Assembly (NCBI RefSeq): GCF_036321535.1
Contig: NC_087436.1
Location: forward strand, 48,052,001 to 48,116,000
From: Camelus dromedarius
Taxonomy: Eukaryota
DNA: 64,000 nt
Direction: 5' to 3'
Positions 39,232-50,971 of the stretch are shown piece by piece. Every line of letters begins with the position of its first letter. Within the stretch, counting starts at the first letter, position 1. A program made the position numbers and the translations under genes. The notes beneath the pieces were generated by a model, which saw only the letters and a program-made list of their open reading frames with translations, was not told the DNA's origin and did no database searches.

Positions 39232-39935
39232 AAAAGGCTAAGGATCTCTTCCAGATTAAAAGAAATTAAATAGACATGAAAACAAAATATAATTCATGAT
39301 CCTAGATTGGCTCTTGGACTGGGAAAAAAACATCAATAAAGGAAATAACTGAAATGATTAAATTTGCATATTGACTGTAGATTGGAGAACAGTATCTTAT
39401 CAATGTTAAATTTCCTATTTGATAGCAAAACTGAGGTTATATAAGGGAATGATCATATTTTTAGGACATACACACTGAAGCATTTAGAATAGAATAAAAC
39501 AGGACACTCTCTCCAACTTACTTGTAAATGTTTTTAGAATACACAGAAAATGTGTGTGTGTGCATATGTCTACAAGAGGAGAGAGAGAGAGACAGAGGGA
39601 GGAGGGAGAGATAGGAAGGCAGAGAAGGGGAGAGAATAAAACAAGTGGGGTAAAATAGGGGTAGGATTAAGAGGTACAAACTGCTATGTATAAAATAAAC
39701 AAGCTACCAAGATATATTGTACACAGGGGATATAGCCAACATTTTATAATAACTATAAAGGGAATATACCCTTAAAAGTTGTGAAACACTATATTGTACA
39801 CCTGAAACTTATATAATATTGCCCATCAACTGTACCTTAATAAAAAAGAATACAAAATGGGGTAAAATGTAAACAATTGGTAAATCTGTACAAAAGCCTT
39901 AACTGAGTAACTTTTTTATAAATACAAAATAGTAA
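39232..39935 (+). mobile_element. L1MC-type 3'UTR fragment
   Basis: ttccagattaaaaga...gatcctagattgg...atcaatgttaaatttcct; interrupted by the L1 tip at 39657. Confidence 0.7.
39657..39851 (+). mobile_element. L1 3' tip with TSD
   Basis: gattaagaggtacaaactgctatgtataaaataaac...; tggggtaaaat duplicated at 39646-39656 and 39858-39868. Confidence 0.85.
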
Positions 39936-40293
39936 AATAAAATCTACCAAATTTATCATAAAAATTTTTTAAAGAGTTGCAGAGTTAATGGTATTTGTTA
40001 GGATATATGAAGTGGTAATTGAGAAGAGGTATGGTTCTATGTTTCTTTTAACTTAAAGTATTCCAAGCAAGCTGCTTAAAATAATACAGCAAGTAAGTGG
40101 AAATGTCAGAATTTGAACACAAGACTGTATTACATTAAAATGTGTACTGTCAAACACTGTATTATGCTGATTTCCAAACACAGTGCGCCTGTTTGCAAAC
40201 TGAGTCCATTAATTTCTTGAAGTTGGTGGGTTGGGGTTCTTGGTTTTTATTTGCCAAGAGCAAGATCTATAGTATGTTTGTTTTTCTCCTTAG

Positions 40294-40436
40294 CAGAGGA
40301 TCTGCTCAAGCTTGTCTAAAACATTGTGGTCTTTGGCTCACACCACCTTAATAAAACCCAGGTGTATTTAGCCAGATTATATGACACATGTTCAGGTTCA
40401 TGTTTGATTTCAAATTAAGTATCTAGATGATTTATG
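40294..40436 (+). pseudogene. Pseudo-exon (ends phase 2)
   Basis: tttttctccttag|CAG...TTATG|gtaaag; QRICSSLSKTLWSLAHTTLIKPRCI*PDYMTHVQVHV*FQIKYLDDL (alternative 5' frame EDLLKLV*NIVVFGSHHLNKTQVYLARLY). Confidence 0.6.
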
Positions 40437-40616
40437 GTAAAGAGTTTACCTCTTTCTCTCCCATGTGGATTCTAATTCTAATCTTCGATCTGCTCTTCCA
40501 ACACTTCCAGCACTTAAGAGCTTTCACATTTAAACCCTTCATTGTATTTTTATAATCACAAGAGACTGTTACCTAGCCTAGCACCTGTTATTATTTCCAT
40601 GATTTTTTTCTTTCAG

Positions 40617-40692
40617 AGAACTTATATCAATGCGACTACACTGTATTTTACCAAATTCCTAAGAGAAAAACCTGATTTTGGGTCTCCTAGAA
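40617..40692 (+). pseudogene. Pseudo-exon (phase 2-0)
   Basis: tttttttctttcag|A...GAA|gtattt; ELISMRLHCILPNS*EKNLILGLLE (another frame, RTYINATTLYFTKFLREKPDFGSPR, is fully open). Confidence 0.6.
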
Positions 40693-41321
40693 GTATTTGA
40701 TTACACTAGTATATAGCTTTATAATAATACAGATCATTAAAGCAGTTTAAAATTTTAAGTAATTTCAATTTCAATTTTGATATATATAAGTATATGAAAT
40801 TTATTCTCTATATTTCACACATTTTGGAGAAAAGGCACAAAGGTAAACACAGTTACACTTTTGGAACAGATCATTTGAATTCTAATATGGTTGATAAATC
40901 AGGTTACATAAAATCTGAACATACTGGAATTTTCATCACCAAGATGAACTGAAACCCAAACCTACATGAAAGTTCAAGAACACTTCATAGCTAACTTATT
41001 TTATTCATTCTAGTCCTTCTACAGTTCTTGATGAGTCTAACACCACTCACTGTTTCCACAATTGTGTAAGACAAGCTTTTGAGCTGGCTAAAATCAGGAA
41101 GCAAAGAAAAGTCTCTGGCCAAAGGCTGTTTTCCATTGCCTTTGTTTTATTGCAGTTTTATGTACTTGAAAAACCAACAAAGAGAAAATCCTCTTTCATG
41201 AGATTTCCAGATTTTTTTAACAGATAAAAGTTCAGTAAAATATGTAAACACTGGCATTGTTACTGAACTCCAACTTGTCGAGTGTCCTTTTGATTCATTA
41301 TATAAGATCTATCTGTTTCAG

Positions 41322-41402
41322 ATAAAGGGTCAGCCAGCAGGTAAAACTGTCTCCAATGCATACTGTGGTTGAGAACCCAGGTTTTTGCTGGGATATTTGC
41401 CA
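41322..41402 (+). pseudogene. Pseudo-exon (phase 0-0)
   Basis: ctgtttcag|ATA...CCA|gtatgt; IKGQPAGKTVSNAYCG*EPRFLLGYLP. Confidence 0.6.
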
Positions 41403-41789
41403 GTATGTGATATGAGTGAAAGGGCTAGATCCACCTGCATTAAACTTCACTTCTTAACTTCCTTAATGGGAAGGACAGTTATGTGTCAAAGTCCTTTTGG
41501 AAGATAAGCTGGCAATTAATAGGACCCAGCTTAGTCACTGGTATTTTCAGCTATTTCACAGTTACATTTTGCTAAAATTCTGGACCCAGATGGGAACTGA
41601 AGGATGCACTAATACATAATTTTGAATTTATATATAAAAAGCTAAGGCTCAGATAAACTGAATTGTACATAGGGATTTTGTAGTCAAGCCAGAACACAGA
41701 ATACCTATTCTCTGATTTAGGACTTATCTATTTGTGAACCTAACAAAAGCAATTGCTTTTAAAATGTTAACTCACTTTTCTCCCTGTGG

Positions 41790-41930
41790 AAATGTGAGAT
41801 ACTTGGAATTGCCAAGATCATTCCTTCCAACCCTCCACTGAACACAAATGGTCTTGAAGCACGGGGGTGGACAAGCACTATATCAGCAATGAAATATCCA
41901 CTTATTATGCACTGACCATGTCATGGTCAG
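41790..41930 (+). pseudogene. Candidate pseudo-exon, boundaries and frame uncertain
   Basis: Pyrimidine tract ending ctgtgg (degenerate acceptor) or ttgaag at 41859; donors gtcagg (41926) or gtgctg (41931); KCEILGIAKIIPSNPPLNTNGLEARGWTSTISAMKYPLIMH*PCH. Confidence 0.4.
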
Positions 41931-42289
41931 GTGCTGATGATCACCTTGGCACTCCCTGCCGGGAGCTGAAACCTCTCACGGATAGTTAGAATAAGGAGAA
42001 GAACCAGCAGCTCAGGCATGTGGTAACAGCAAAGGGAGCCTCTGCATTTACTCCATCTTGGTGTTTTCCATGTAGGGATGTTAATCAGTGGTACAAGAGA
42101 GGCAACCTGAATCTCACTTAGAGGATTTACTGCTTATATTTCCCTGTGCAGAGACAGCAGGCAAAGCAACTGGTCTGCAGTTCCCCAGATACACGTTCTA
42201 GTGAATGGACAGCAAGAAGTCTTCCCTTTTCTGCTCACAAAACTGCCCCTCACTTCTCCATACACCTTCCCTCAAGATGGAGCTAACAC

Positions 42290-42410
42290 CACTATTAAGT
42301 GCTTTAAGAATGACCTCATTTAATAGTTATCAAAATACTGTGAGGTAGATATTATTCTTTCCATTTTACAGTGGAAGGAAACTGAGTCTTAAGCAACTTC
42401 TCACAGTGCT
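42290..42410 (-). mobile_element. MIR fragment
   Basis: ctgtgaggtagatattatt...ccattttacag...ggaaactgag. Confidence 0.7.
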
Positions 42411-43431
42411 CTTGCTTCTGCATTGTGAAACCACCCGCTCAAAGCCCTAATTCCTAATCAGTATGCTTTATGTCTTCAAATGTGATTTTCAAGCAGCAGG
42501 GACAGAAATACAGTAATAACCTCGGGATTAAACTTCCTTATGGTTAGCATAATTTCTAGTTAAGGTATTGACTTTGATGTGTAAGGAATATAGTGTTTTT
42601 CATCTAGTACCTTAGAAATAAAAATGTAAAATAAACTAAAATGTTCTACAAAAAGATTAAACTAGTTATTATCTTCTGATACAGTTAAGGAGTGCATTGG
42701 CACCACACAATAGTTATACCGGCAGTAATTCATCAAGAATTTCTGTACAGTTAATAATACAAAAGAGAAAGGTATCTATTTTTCCAAAACATTTTCATTT
42801 TGTTCTGAACTAGGCTGTACATTAAGTACTGGGAAACCCTTTAGAATTCAAGTGGGATATCTGTTTACCTCATAAACTAAAATCCTCTTAACTGAAGGGA
42901 AGTGTGTGTGTGTAATGGGGAGAAGATGGAAATAATAAACATGTTAAGTGTACCAAAAAGTGCTTCTTACACAACCATAACCACAGTATGTATTCAAAAT
43001 GTGAGCCAGAGAGAGAGAAAAGCTGGAAAGGGTTGTTAAGTATATTATAGATCAAAATTGCTTTAAAAAGCAAATAATAATATCAGGGTTCTTTTAGTAT
43101 AGGAGCAACAAAACATTCATTTTTAAAACACAGAATCAATGCTTCACATTTGCTGTAAGAACACCATTATGTTAAGAGCTGTGCTGTCTCACTCACATTA
43201 GTAGTTCTGTTTGAAAGAACGCAAATGGGGACAGCATAGTTGAAAGCGGTTAAATCCACTACTTCTCTTTAAGTCTTTCTCTTGGTGATAGAACTAGGTT
43301 ATTTAAACAGTAACTGTTGTCATAATTTTACTGTTGAGGTTTTTACCCACTATTATTATCCTTTAAAAAGAACTGTACGAATGACAAATGCCCAACTCAA
43401 AAATACATGGATAAGTTTTATCTGTTTACAG

Positions 43432-43488
43432 AGAAACTTTACATGCTTCAATTTTCTATCTACGAGGACCTACACCTCATCTGGATAG
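43432..43488 (+). pseudogene. Pseudo-exon, donor degenerate
   Basis: tctgtttacag|AG; (E)KLYMLQFSIYEDLHLIWI or ETLHASIFYLRGPTPHLD; expected donor reads cttgca. Confidence 0.45.
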
Positions 43489-43583
43489 CTTGCAAAATCT
43501 TGTTTTAATGAAACACATTTGGAATCTGATTTTAATGGAACACATTTTTACCTTTATGTCATGCTTTCTGAACTAAACCACAG

Positions 43584-43720
43584 GTCTGCCTGCAGCAGCA
43601 CTACGTGTGGCTCATCAGTAAACTGCAGGCATTCTTGGCCGTTATCAACCACCTGCAAGCCTCTCTCATCAATGCTTTCATTTCCTTTGGCTTATTATAA
43701 GACACTTCACATTTCCCAAG
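43584..43720 (+). pseudogene. Pseudo-exon (phase 1-0, donor degenerate)
   Basis: aaccacag|GT...AAG|atgaaa; (G)LPAAALRVAHQ*TAGILGRYQPPASLSHQCFHFLWLIIRHFTFPK; GC-richer than flanks. Confidence 0.55.
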
Positions 43721-44185
43721 ATGAAAAGAAAGGGGGAAAGACTCCCTTATTTCAACTTCAGGGTTTAATCCTCTAATAACAACAGTGTTTTGTATCTATG
43801 CAGTACTCTTCTCTCAACTGTAACCTACTTGTACAGTAATTAGATCTCCTCTCTGGTCTAGCATTATTTTTCAGGCAATATCAAAAATGTTGAAATGTTG
43901 GGGTATGTTGGAAAGATCTTTCACAGAACAACTCAATCTGAGGGAAGAGTCACAGGAGTATTTAAGAACTCAGGGAAAGAGATCAGCTTGTACTTCAAGA
44001 AATCCATGAATGATTCAGAAATAGCAATATAAAAATAAAAGTCTATTGTCTTTTACATAAAGGAATGCTTGTTTTGAAAGTTTTAATAAACAAGTACATC
44101 CTCGTGTACTAATCCTTTAAAAATACATCATGGGATAAATTATAGACTGCAGCATTCACATAAGTAATCTTTATATTTTTGCAAG

Positions 44186-44390
44186 CTGAGATTGAACAGA
44201 CATGCCCTTTGAAATATGCCTCATTTAAAATCAAATTACAATATACTGAATGAAATGCTTGAACATAGACCAGATCCCAATGTGTGTGACAAGGCATATT
44301 TGAATTGATGCTATTCTGCCTGGTCATCGTTCCAGCTAATCAATACATCTTTGAACTCCAGTTGATAGTAATTAATCGTGACAGGTCACT
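44186..44390 (+). pseudogene. Pseudo-exon with 2-nt frameshift (phase 0-2)
   Basis: tttttgcaag|CTG...CACT|gtaagt; LRLNRHAL*NMPHLKSNYNILNEMLEHRPDPNV / QGIFELMLFCLVIVPANQYIFELQLIVINRDRS; shift falls in the tgtgtgtg run at 44281-44288. Confidence 0.6.
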
Positions 44391-44595
44391 GTAAGTTTGT
44401 GACCCATGTAATAAAACTGTCAAAGAGATCTCTGACATTACATCACTACTTGATGACCAGATCTTGTAATTCAGACACCAGATACTTTTTTCTACATTTT
44501 TATAGCATTTTAGTATTTTCAGCCACATTATAGAAAATCCAAAGCATAGAAATTAACACTAAAGATTACTTTTTAAAATGTACATATTTCCTTAG

Positions 44596-44614
44596 ACTTT
44601 AAAATATTTTTCAG
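44596..44614 (+). pseudogene. Candidate 19-nt micro-exon (phase 2-0)
   Basis: atttccttag|ACTTTAAAATATTTTTCAG|gtaaac; restores phase between the flanking exons; (L)L*NIFQ. Confidence 0.5.
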
Positions 44615-44847
44615 GTAAACTAAATTGAAGACAAAAGGCACCAACCTGATTTAGGGAAGAAAAAAATCAGATGAATGCACCCACTTATACTAATCAGTAA
44701 ACATAGATACTTGAAGTTTATGTTGGATTTGAAGTAATTTTTGTTTCTCCTTTTATTATTGGTCACTCTTCAACTTGTAGGGCAATAACTTTTACACTGT
44801 AAACCTTAATTCTAGCTCCTTCTTTTTCACTCTATGGACATGACTTA

Positions 44848-45066
44848 CAGTTGACCCTTGAACAACGCAGGGGTTAGGGTAAAGACCCCCCCCCCAAGTA
44901 GAAACTGCGAGTATAACTTTACAGTCACCCTCCCTCCTGCTATATGCAGTTCCACATCCATGGATTCAACTAATATCAGATCATGTAGTGCTGTAGTACG
45001 TATTTATTGGAAATAATCCATGTAAAAATGGCTCAGTTCAAACCCATGTTGTACAAGGGTCAACTG
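44848..45066. mobile_element. Tigger2-derived MITE (MER8-like)
   Basis: TIRs cagttgacccttgaacaac / gttgtacaagggtcaactg; TA at the left flank. Confidence 0.88.
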
Positions 45067-45196
45067 GAGTGACATAATTTTCCAAATTGAACAAGTTATG
45101 CTAACTTTCCACAGTGAGGACTATCAAAATGATTAACACAAAACCAAATTATTTCTGCTACTACTGCATCTTTTAAATTCTTTATCTTTTATGCAG

Positions 45197-45296
45197 ATGG
45201 TTAGTGATGACCTATTATCAATATTTCAACTGTATTTCAGTCTTTTAAATATCCCTTGTTGGCTTAAAAAAAAAATCATCTAATGCCTTCTGTGAG
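45197..45296 (+). pseudogene. Pseudo-exon (phase 0-1)
   Basis: cttttatgcag|ATG...TGAG|gttaaa; MVSDDLLSIFQLYFSLLNIPCWLKKKII*CLL*. Confidence 0.55.
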
Positions 45297-45534
45297 GTTA
45301 AAAAAAAAAAAAAAAAAGCTCAAAATATTTGAATCCTTGCTGCTGAACATGCTAAATGAGCTAAATAATGGGAAACACATTTACAATATATTTTAACAGT
45401 AAGCCTATCCAATTTGTGATTTAAGAGGTCAAACTATTGGTTATTTTTGCATTCTTAGTAATTTAAGGAGAAGCAGACTGGGAAATTTGCACTCACAGGC
45501 CTTATAAAACTGCCGCAGTTATTTTGACTAATAG

Positions 45535-45677
45535 ACATTTATGGCCAATGTTCTGCTGGTGGAAAAACACCCTTGTAAGGTTGTAAGCTACCAGGAGAGC
45601 TCACAGAACCTTGAAGTGTCCGTAGCCACAACTGTGCAGACAAAGCCTTGCAAAAGATGAAGCAATTGTGTATGCTA
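45535..45677 (+). pseudogene. Pseudo-exon (phase 1-0)
   Basis: gactaatag|AC...CTA|gtgagt; (D)IYGQCSAGGKTPL*GCKLPGELTEP*SVRSHNCADKALQKMKQLCML. Confidence 0.65.
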
Positions 45678-45724
45678 GTGAGTTTATGCAATGTGGACAA
45701 CCCACTAACATGTCAAGGCTGAAT

Positions 45725-45760
45725 TGTGTGTGTGTGTGTGTGTGTGCGCGCGCGCGTGCA
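45725..45760. repeat. (TG)n(CG)n alternating purine-pyrimidine tract
   Basis: Direct reading. Confidence 0.95.
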
Positions 45761-46350
45761 TTTAACTTTGGTCACCTAAGTCAACAGAATAGAGTCAGTC
45801 AGTAATTTTCTTTTTCCTGAACCCTCCCTTTATTCTATATCATTCTTGATTGATTAATGGAACGCCCCTTTCCCCAACTTGTATCCTGTGCTCCAGTGTG
45901 TGAAAAGCCTGTGATTAGTAAATGCAAAAGCCACCCTTATTTTTAGTATACTAAATGATTTCTTTAAATAGAGTGAGCCAATAAAAGAAATTTCTGTTTT
46001 GGTAACATTCCCAGAGAAAAGTACATGCTAGAAATTATAACTGAAAATAGATTCTTAGGTACACACACATTCATGTTTGCCCAAAGGCTTTCATATGAAA
46101 AATGAGAGACAAGAAGCAGAATATTAACTTTTCAACAATTGACTACAATGTATCACTTCCACCCATACTATTCCCATTCTTAGTTTTTCTGGGGGAAATG
46201 TGATTTGTTAAGACCATTATGAACATTTTCAACTTATGCAAATGTTGTAATTACTTCCCTTACTTCCTTTATGAGGGAGTTTTTCTGCATAATGTATTAT
46301 GCTGTATTTATGAAGAGTTAAAGCATGCTTTTCTGACATTCTTCACATAG

Positions 46351-46391
46351 AATACTCAGTCAAATCATTTTAATGCTTGCCTACGCTTCAG
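46351..46391 (+). pseudogene. Pseudo-exon (phase 0-2)
   Basis: ctgacattcttcacatag|AAT...TTCAG|gtaact; NTQSNHFNACLRF. Confidence 0.6.
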
Positions 46392-46704
46392 GTAACTGTG
46401 AAGAATGCTTGACAAAAAATCTACTGCGTTTCTCCCTCCCAGGATTTGCCTATTTTATTTTAATAAAGAAATTTCTCTATGCAACTGTGAAACAATGCTG
46501 TTGATATACAAATCTTTGTTTACAATTTTTGGACAATATAAGGAACCAAATGTTTAAAAGAGAAATAGAATGAGGAAAAATAGGGATGAAAGATACCATG
46601 TATAAATTTTTTAAACATATACATACCATACAGAAGTCTATATAGACAGACTTTGCACGATATTTTATCAAGCCCATGAATAACAGCAGTTAAAATGTAA
46701 TGAT

Positions 46705-46900
46705 TAGTTATTACATGCCCAGATTTACAAGTATTCACATTTTATCTGTACAGTAATCCTGTGGGTAAGGACTATTATTATTCCCTGTTGTAGACATGGA
46801 AACAAGTATTAAGCAGTTAAAGTAGGATTTCCAAGGTCATGAAGGGGCCAAGGGGTCAGTGGTGGATCTCCAGATCTCTCCCTCCTTCCTAACACTGCCT
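46705..46900 (-). mobile_element. MIR SINE
   Basis: aatcctgtgggtaagg.ctattattattccc...tttccaaggtca. Confidence 0.65.
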
Positions 46901-47237
46901 CTAAAAATATATTTCAAAATCCCTAGACTTATATTATGAACAGGGTTTTCAATATGTATTGATATTTTGAAGTTTTTAGGCATAAAAACATATTATTAAT
47001 GAATTTAAAGAATTTCTTGTCAGCGCATTTTAACTGAGATATTTGCCTAAACTTGCCTTGGCTATAATTCTGCTAAGATAAATTTCATAGATATATTTCA
47101 TCCACTAAATTTTGGCTTTCTCCACTTCATTCTGCTAACACTACTTTAGTGGAAGAAAATTCTTCCTCAGCATGTTAGACCTTTGAGTACACACCCAGAG
47201 TTGTTATCAAGTTTTCCCCCTTTCTTTTGCTCTTAAG

Positions 47238-47375
47238 GTAGCCAATTATTAGTATGATAAATGTCCACATGATGGCCTCAATGTCCTGGGCTCTACAAAA
47301 TACTGTGGATTACTTGGCAATGATAGTGTTGAATTAACAAGAACAGAACTGATTTATTAGTAAAAATTCAAATGA
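47238..47375 (+). pseudogene. Pseudo-exon (phase 2-2)
   Basis: ttttgctcttaag|G...AATGA|gtaagt; (R)*PIISMINVHMMASMSWALQNTVDYLAMIVLN*QEQN*FISKNSN. Confidence 0.55.
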
Positions 47376-48581
47376 GTAAGTATAAATTCACAAAGAAAGA
47401 GTATTTCAAATATTGACCTTCAATACTGTAATACAGCACTGATGTTTTAACATTGTCTTATGAAGACAATTTTATTTTGCATTGTCATACAGCATTTCCT
47501 AAAAAGCAATATGACTTTAAATTCTGAATTACTAAGATAACAGTCAATGAGAACGCTAGCTGTACTCTGTTATATTGGCCTAAAGGACAGGATGCCAAAG
47601 GAGTCTTTTCCCAAATATGTTTCATGCTCTTCTAATACATATAAAACTTTAGGAATTTATTTTGGGAACTGTAGCATTTGAATTCTGGCAATAAAAAAAT
47701 AATAGTGATTAATAACCTCGTGTTTCTCAGAGTTTTTAGCTGCAAGAAACAGAAACCTATTACATGGAGGGAAAGGGAATATGTGATAAGGAAATCAGGT
47801 AGATTCTACAGCCTACATGAAAATCCAAAGACCAGGCTAAGCAAATAGCAAATCAATACAAAGGAGGCTTTGTAGCAAACATAACCTAGTCAAAAAAGAC
47901 TAAAGTAGCCCCACTATTTACAAATCCAACCATGACCACTGATGCAATAGCTACAAATCAGCTATTGTGTGTCTTCTGATATTTACTCAAGTTTCAAAGT
48001 CATCAGAAAGAGAAACTATCGTTGGGGTCTGGATGCCTCCTTGATAGGAAAAGAAGGGTTTCTCCTCTGATGTTTTGAGGTGGGAGAGGCAGAGAAGGGG
48101 GTTAATCCGGGGTAGAGCTATCCCTCCCACTACTCATACACTGGGGAATTCCACAACACAGAAAAAGATTGCTCTAAGGCTAGGAAACAGTCTGTTATAA
48201 ACAATAAAAGCCTGTAAAGGAGTCGTTATAGAAAGTATAGATGACATTTTTTTAGCTTCATGTCACCTTTCCCACAATGGAATGTTTATCATCATAACTG
48301 GGTGGGGGATTGGGAGGTTGTTCTGTGACAAGGCACTCATGCCCCATCTCCAACCTCGAAATTCCCAGAAGGGAAAACATTTGATAAGGGCTGTAAATAA
48401 GACAGATCATCAGTGGTACATGGAATCAACTATATATAAAGCATTAGTTCTATTTGTTCTATAATGGTGTAAAATAAAGTGGAAAATATTATAATTTTCC
48501 ACCAAAATAGAAAAGATTTTAAAATGCTATAACTATGACATACCTCAACTGGTGATTATATTCTAATTTTCTCTTCTCTAG

Positions 48582-48657
48582 CAAACTGAGGCTCTGCTGT
48601 CCCACCTCTCCCATTCAGAATTCTGTAGTTTTGAGTTCAGTTCAATACCTGATTCAG
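48582..48657 (+). pseudogene. Pseudo-exon (phase 2-0), open frame
   Basis: ctaattttctcttctctag|C...CAG|gtaagg (both sites strong); (D)KLRLCCPTSPIQNSVVLSSVQYLIQ. Confidence 0.7.
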
Positions 48658-49533
48658 GTAAGGTAATGAGTGTGGAGCTGTTGGACCAAGCCTCACTAAT
48701 CAAATCACTGCATTAACCTAGGCACAGTGACTGTTTTAAGAATGAACACATGTTCATCAAAAAGCAATAGCACATCTGTTGTTCTGAGAGCTTCTTCCCA
48801 GAGTTCCTGTGTTGGAACCCTTCTTTCTTGAATTCCAAATATTTCTGTTTCATCATTGTTTAATACCCTTTCTTCTGCTGACCACACCATCACATGATTT
48901 CCTTAGACTGAATGGGAGGTGAATTATGTGACTCTAAATATATTTATTTTCTTAAAACATATTTATTCACCTATATTACTTTGTTAATTAAACTGTTTAT
49001 TAATTCTTGGTTGAAAATAATCTTTCCTCAGAATTTTTTAAAGAGTAGAAAACCTGTTAAAAAGCAGTTGCCTTTCTGATAATGGTTAATTTGAGTATTA
49101 TCAGACTCTTTTCTTGAATCTTTCACCCCAGGTGTGAATCTATTTTCATTCACAGTTTTTATCTACTGCACTCTCTATACTGAGAAATTTCCATATACTA
49201 TGTCAATATTTTTTCTCTCTTTCTTTCTTGAACTCCTATTATATAATGGATCTAGTGGAATTATCCCCCAGGTTTCTTATATTTTCTCTTCTATTTATAA
49301 AACATATTTTTATCTCTTATATTATTTTCTGGGGACATCTTTGAATTTACATTCTAAAACTTATATTAAACTTTTTATTTGACAATAATATCTTTAATTT
49401 CTAAGAGTTCATTCTTTCTGTATGATTGTTCCTTTTTTGATTTATTTTGTCTCATCTTTTTAATAATATTACTTGTACAGAATGGTTAATTTGCATATGT
49501 ACATTCACATCACTAACTGTGTCACGTCTACAT

Positions 49534-50060
49534 TGTTAAACGGTTCTTTTGCTTTTTTCCTGTTTATCTATTTCCACTCCCCTTGACCCTATAAAAATTA
49601 GATCACCAGGTAACATTTAACCTAAATCCTGACTTCTGCTCTACAGAATGTACACAATGCCTTGCCTGACCTGTTGATTCCTCTCCTGGATTAAAAGGAG
49701 TAAGAATGCAGAATAAAGCAGGTAAAGAACTACTGGCTCCCTATGCCAGCTTCCCCCTTAAGCAATCCTACAGGTAGACCATGCTGGCAAGATAACATCT
49801 GAAGAAAGATCATAAGGATCAGCCAGCTCACACAGAATGGAAAATGACACAGAATGTAACCTTCAGCCTCAGTGATTAACTGAGGTTATTTCCCTTTTTT
49901 CCCTTTAAAAAACTGTCACAGCTGAGCAGAATCTTTGGAGTTGGTCTTGGGACACGAGTCCACCTTCTCCCTAAATTGCCAGCTTTTCTGAATAAAGCAA
50001 CTTTCCTTTCTACCAACACTGGCTCTTAAATTACTGGCTTTTGAGCAGCAAGCCTGAGTT
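49534..50060 (+). mobile_element. ERV1-type solo LTR
   Basis: tgtta start; ccctttaaaaa TATA-like element; tctgaataaagcaactttcc poly(A) signal. Confidence 0.65.
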
Positions 50061-50534
50061 TCTTCCTTATTTTTCTTACTTGTTGTTTTTTTTGTCTGTT
50101 GTTTTGCTTTGTTTTTCACTTTCTTGTTGAAATCTTCCCTCAAATATGACTATCCCTTCATATTTAAGGATGAAACATTAATAAACTGGTTGGAAGCTTG
50201 GTATTGGGATTCACTACAGGGTAATCAGGTACCAAGCTGGTTATTTTCTATTGGGAGTTTCATATTTCAGTAGGCAGTTATTTTTCTATGTAGTTATATA
50301 ATTTCTCTTATAGAGAACAAACTCTCGGTGGAATATGCCAGGCCAACAGCATTACAGAAGGAAGTTGGGGGAAACGACTCATTATCTACCATTTAATATG
50401 TATTCTTTCACAAAAACCCTATTTCAATCCCCATTTCTCAATAACACCATCCATTTTGCCTTTTAACATCCAAGTCTAGATGTTCTTTAAGCATCACACT
50501 GTTTATACTTTGGCACCTTTGAGCATCTCATTAG

Positions 50535-50642
50535 TCCATGCTGAATAAGGAATTTGCAAATTAAAGATCCAAGAAGCACAAGCTTGATAATATTTTACAC
50601 AATTCCAGGCTTAAACTAAGGAGTTTGGTGTACCTTCCTACA
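50535..50642 (+). pseudogene. Pseudo-exon (phase 0-0)
   Basis: tctcattag|TCC...ACA|gtaaaa; SMLNKEFAN*RSKKHKLDNILHNSRLKLRSLVYLPT. Confidence 0.5.
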
Positions 50643-50971
50643 GTAAAAAGAAGTTCTTTTTCTCAATACAGTTACATAATTTAGTTATTTACATATTTTA
50701 TTTCCTACATGAAATTTATATTACTCTAAAAAGTACTGCCTTATAGTTCTTTTAATCTCTAAGAGTAAATTTCCCCTTTTTATTTATAGTATCAGTGATT
50801 CCTATTTTTATTCTTATTGGCTAGGTTAGAAAGGGGATTATTTACCTTATTAACTCCCCTCTCTAAACAGAGGTTTAAGCCAATTCTCAGGTATAAGTAA
50901 TTTTCACTAAGCACTGTTTTTATATCAGAATCTGTTTAGTCTACCAATGGTTATGAGACAGTTTATAATAC

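Noticed and set aside
40570..40660. Minus-strand exon reading (EFGKIQCSRIDISSLKEK...)
   Set aside because: It needs a frameshift and has no phase-compatible neighbours on the minus strand; the plus-strand exon fits the chain.
3588..50642. Idea that the stops reflect C-to-U editing or stop-codon recoding of a live gene
   Set aside because: Every stop codon is trivially one change from a C-starting codon, so this pattern carries no information. Frameshifts and dead splice sites point to ordinary decay.
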